This document shows positions 62,426 to 64,000 of a stretch of 64,000 bases of DNA, in pieces; the stretch's first letter is position 1; every line of letters begins with the position of its first letter. A program made the position numbers and the translations under genes. Under the pieces are notes generated by a model. That model ran no database searches. It saw only the letters and a program-made list of their open reading frames with translations, and was not told the origin of the DNA. Location: NCBI GenBank assembly GCA_964252035.1, contig OZ176207.1; one strand, given 5' to 3'. The DNA is from Podarcis erhardii (taxonomy: Eukaryota).

Positions 62426-62440
62426 ATGACATCTGCTTAG
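62426..62440 (+). other. Minimal uORF (MTSA*) in the NFATC1 leader
   Basis: ATG ACA TCT GCT TAG. Confidence 0.5.
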
Positions 62441-62665
62441 GATCCAGCTTTATTCTGTTAAAAAAAAAAACCTCCCCCCCCCCTCCCGTGCGCGCGTTTG
62501 GCTTTCCAAATTCCGTGGCGAGAGGGAAACACCAGCTTGGAGTCTCCATTTAATAGCTTTGGAGACGCGCGCTGTGCTACGTGGGCGTGAAGACACGCTC
62601 GCGAGAGAGGATCTACCTTCTTCCCTCTGCCTCCACCTCACTTTCTCTCTTTTTGTGCTGAGCGG

Positions 62666-62728
62666 ATGCCAAGCGGCGATCCTCTGAATCAAATCCTCTT
62701 GGCGCCTCGAGATCCAGCCCAGTGGTGA
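62666..62728 (+). other. 20-codon uORF starting at the Met1-homologous AUG (MPSGDPLNQILLAPRDPAQW*)
   Basis: ggATGCCAAGC, as in mammalian MPS; TGA at 62726-62728; 103 nt upstream of the main AUG, so out of frame. Confidence 0.75.
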
Positions 62729-62768
62729 AAGGGAAACTTTCGGTGCGTGTCCGTCCCGTCGCAGCAGC

Positions 62769-62787
62769 ATGAAATCAGCAGAAGAAG
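62769..62787 (+). CDS. NFATC1: NFATC1 exon 1 (alpha) coding part, MKSAEE + G (phase 1)
   Basis: agcATGAAATCAGCAGAAGAAG|gtaaag; upstream in-frame GERETFGACPSRRSS resembles mammalian GRGETLGPAPRAGGT; synteny with ATP9B. Confidence 0.88.
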
Positions 62788-63894
62788 GTAAAGTACCGCT
62801 GGTGGCTCTCTCTCCCGGAGCCGCTTTCACCCGCTTTTGCCTCTCCCAATGCAGATTCTTCTCTGCCTTTTCTGACATTTTTGCTGCTGTTGCTTCTGTG
62901 AAGAGCCGCGCCAAGGGAAACCCGGGCAGGCGCCGGGCTGTGTTTGCGCGTGTGTGCGCGCGTGCGCGTGTCTCTGTGTGTGTGTACCGGCGGGAGGGCC
63001 TGGCTGGCGGCTGCGCTTGGGAGGAGGGAAGCGGTGTCCCCCTGGTGTTTCCCCAAAGCAGCCTTCAGGTTTTTTCCCCCCTTCTTCTTTTTCGTTTTGC
63101 CTGCTGCGACTTCTTGCCAATAGGTGTCTCCTCTCCCTCTCTGAACTTGGCCTTGGGCGCTGCGAGATCCTTGAGCTCAAGGCGGAGAAGGAAAGGCTGG
63201 GTTCCCCCCCCCGCCCCCTCTTTTAATTTTTATTCTAAGGGGCACCGCCGGAGTCCCTTGGGGTGGGCTGGCTGACTAGCTGCCGGCTGCTGCGTGTGGG
63301 CAGGCGCCTTGCTTACGCGGGATGTGCAACAGAGCAAGGCTTATGGGAGCCGGTGGAAAGGGATCGGAGGGGTGGAGCAGCCTCCTTCTGAAACCAAAGG
63401 AATCCCAGGACACAGTGGAGTTCTCAGAGTACGCGGCTGCCTCTGTGCATTGTGCGCGCCGATATTTTACAGAGTTAACAGTGTGCAGAACCAATCCAGC
63501 CCGTCAAATTACTTCTAACCACTAAATGCTAGCATTTAATAGCGCCGGCTGGGGTAGGAGGAAGCCGAGGTCTGACAGAGCACACTCCCTGCTCTAATTA
63601 AAAAACCGTTTTACCGTTCTCGATTTCTAAAGTCTAGGGGTACTTTCAAACCTTAAGAAAAGACACTAGTCTCCTCCCCTTCCCCAACTTCTTTCAGAAA
63701 TGGTCTGTTTGTTTCCTTGGTTCGGCTCCCTCCATCTTTCTCCCCTCGCTGTTGCCTTGCTGTGGAGATTCAAGAAACTTTCATAAAATGGCCTGCATTG
63801 CAGGAAAGCAAAGGTGACTCGCTGTTCTAGAGTAGTTCCATGGGCTTCCTGAATATTCCAAAGCAACTGGTTTCATGGGAAGTTGCCTTATAGC

Positions 63895-64000
63895 AATTCA
63901 GAATGTTGGTCCATCTAGCTTAGCACTGTCTACGTACATGGACTGGCAGAGACTCTCTCAGGCGTCAGGAAAGGCTTTTTGCCAGCCCTACCTGGAGGTG
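63895..64000 (-). mobile_element. Squam3-type SINE 3' part (cut by the window end)
   Basis: ttggtccatctagcttagcactgtctac..gactggcag..ctctc..agccctacctggag. Confidence 0.7.

Larger units (their letters stand above)
62210..62768 (+). other. NFATC1: Probable NFATC1 exon 1 5' UTR (start site approximate)
   Basis: Begins about 25-30 nt after the TATA-like box; gcgtcagagagagacttagagactc resembles the recalled start of the human mRNA. Confidence 0.6.
57620..63480. promoter_or_regulatory. CpG island complex upstream of and over NFATC1 exon 1 (densest at about 57620-58960, 59480-60450, 60820-61150, 61780-63480)
   Basis: Sharp rise in GC and CpG density compared with the CpG-depleted remainder (judged by eye). 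Confidence 0.9.

Noticed and set aside
57620-63480. CpG island as the SALL3 promoter
   Set aside because: SALL3 lies on the 5' side of ATP9B in amniotes, and the exon 1 peptide and core promoter here match NFATC1.
57609-63525. Numerous 60-245 aa ORFs on both strands in the CpG island
   Set aside because: Expected from stop-codon scarcity in GC-rich DNA; low complexity with no recognisable homology. Only MKSAEE|gt is supported.

Overview
This is eukaryotic DNA from a squamate reptile, probably a lacertid lizard (several near-consensus Sauria SINEs plus Squam3-type SINEs). It is not microbial: there are no CRISPR arrays, operons, rRNA genes or intact tRNA genes. The window holds the last 18 coding exons of the P4-ATPase (flippase) gene ATP9B on the + strand (549-31153). 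All introns are GT-AG, and the spliced frame is open for 724 codons to the stop, from the DKTGT phosphorylation site to the C-terminus. A long 3' UTR and a roughly 25 kb transposon-dense intergenic region follow. A CpG island complex (about 57.6-63.5 kb) then contains the NFATC1 P1 promoter and exon 1 (MKSAEE|gt). The ATP9B-NFATC1 order matches the known amniote synteny. The most notable observations are: (1) the AUG equivalent to mammalian NFATc1-alpha Met1 is out of frame and forms a 20-codon uORF, so only the Met37-equivalent start remains; (2) an internally deleted Chapaev3-type (CMC) DNA transposon with TIRs, a TAA target duplication and a nearly intact catalytic region, a horizontal-transfer candidate; (3) a 33-nt ATP9B cassette exon flanked by PTB-type and RBFOX motifs; (4) a recognisable NF-kB/NFAT/CRE autoregulatory promoter and a second, upstream promoter-like CpG island. 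I found no evidence of a wholly new multi-gene system. Gene and repeat family names come from recalled sequences, not database searches.
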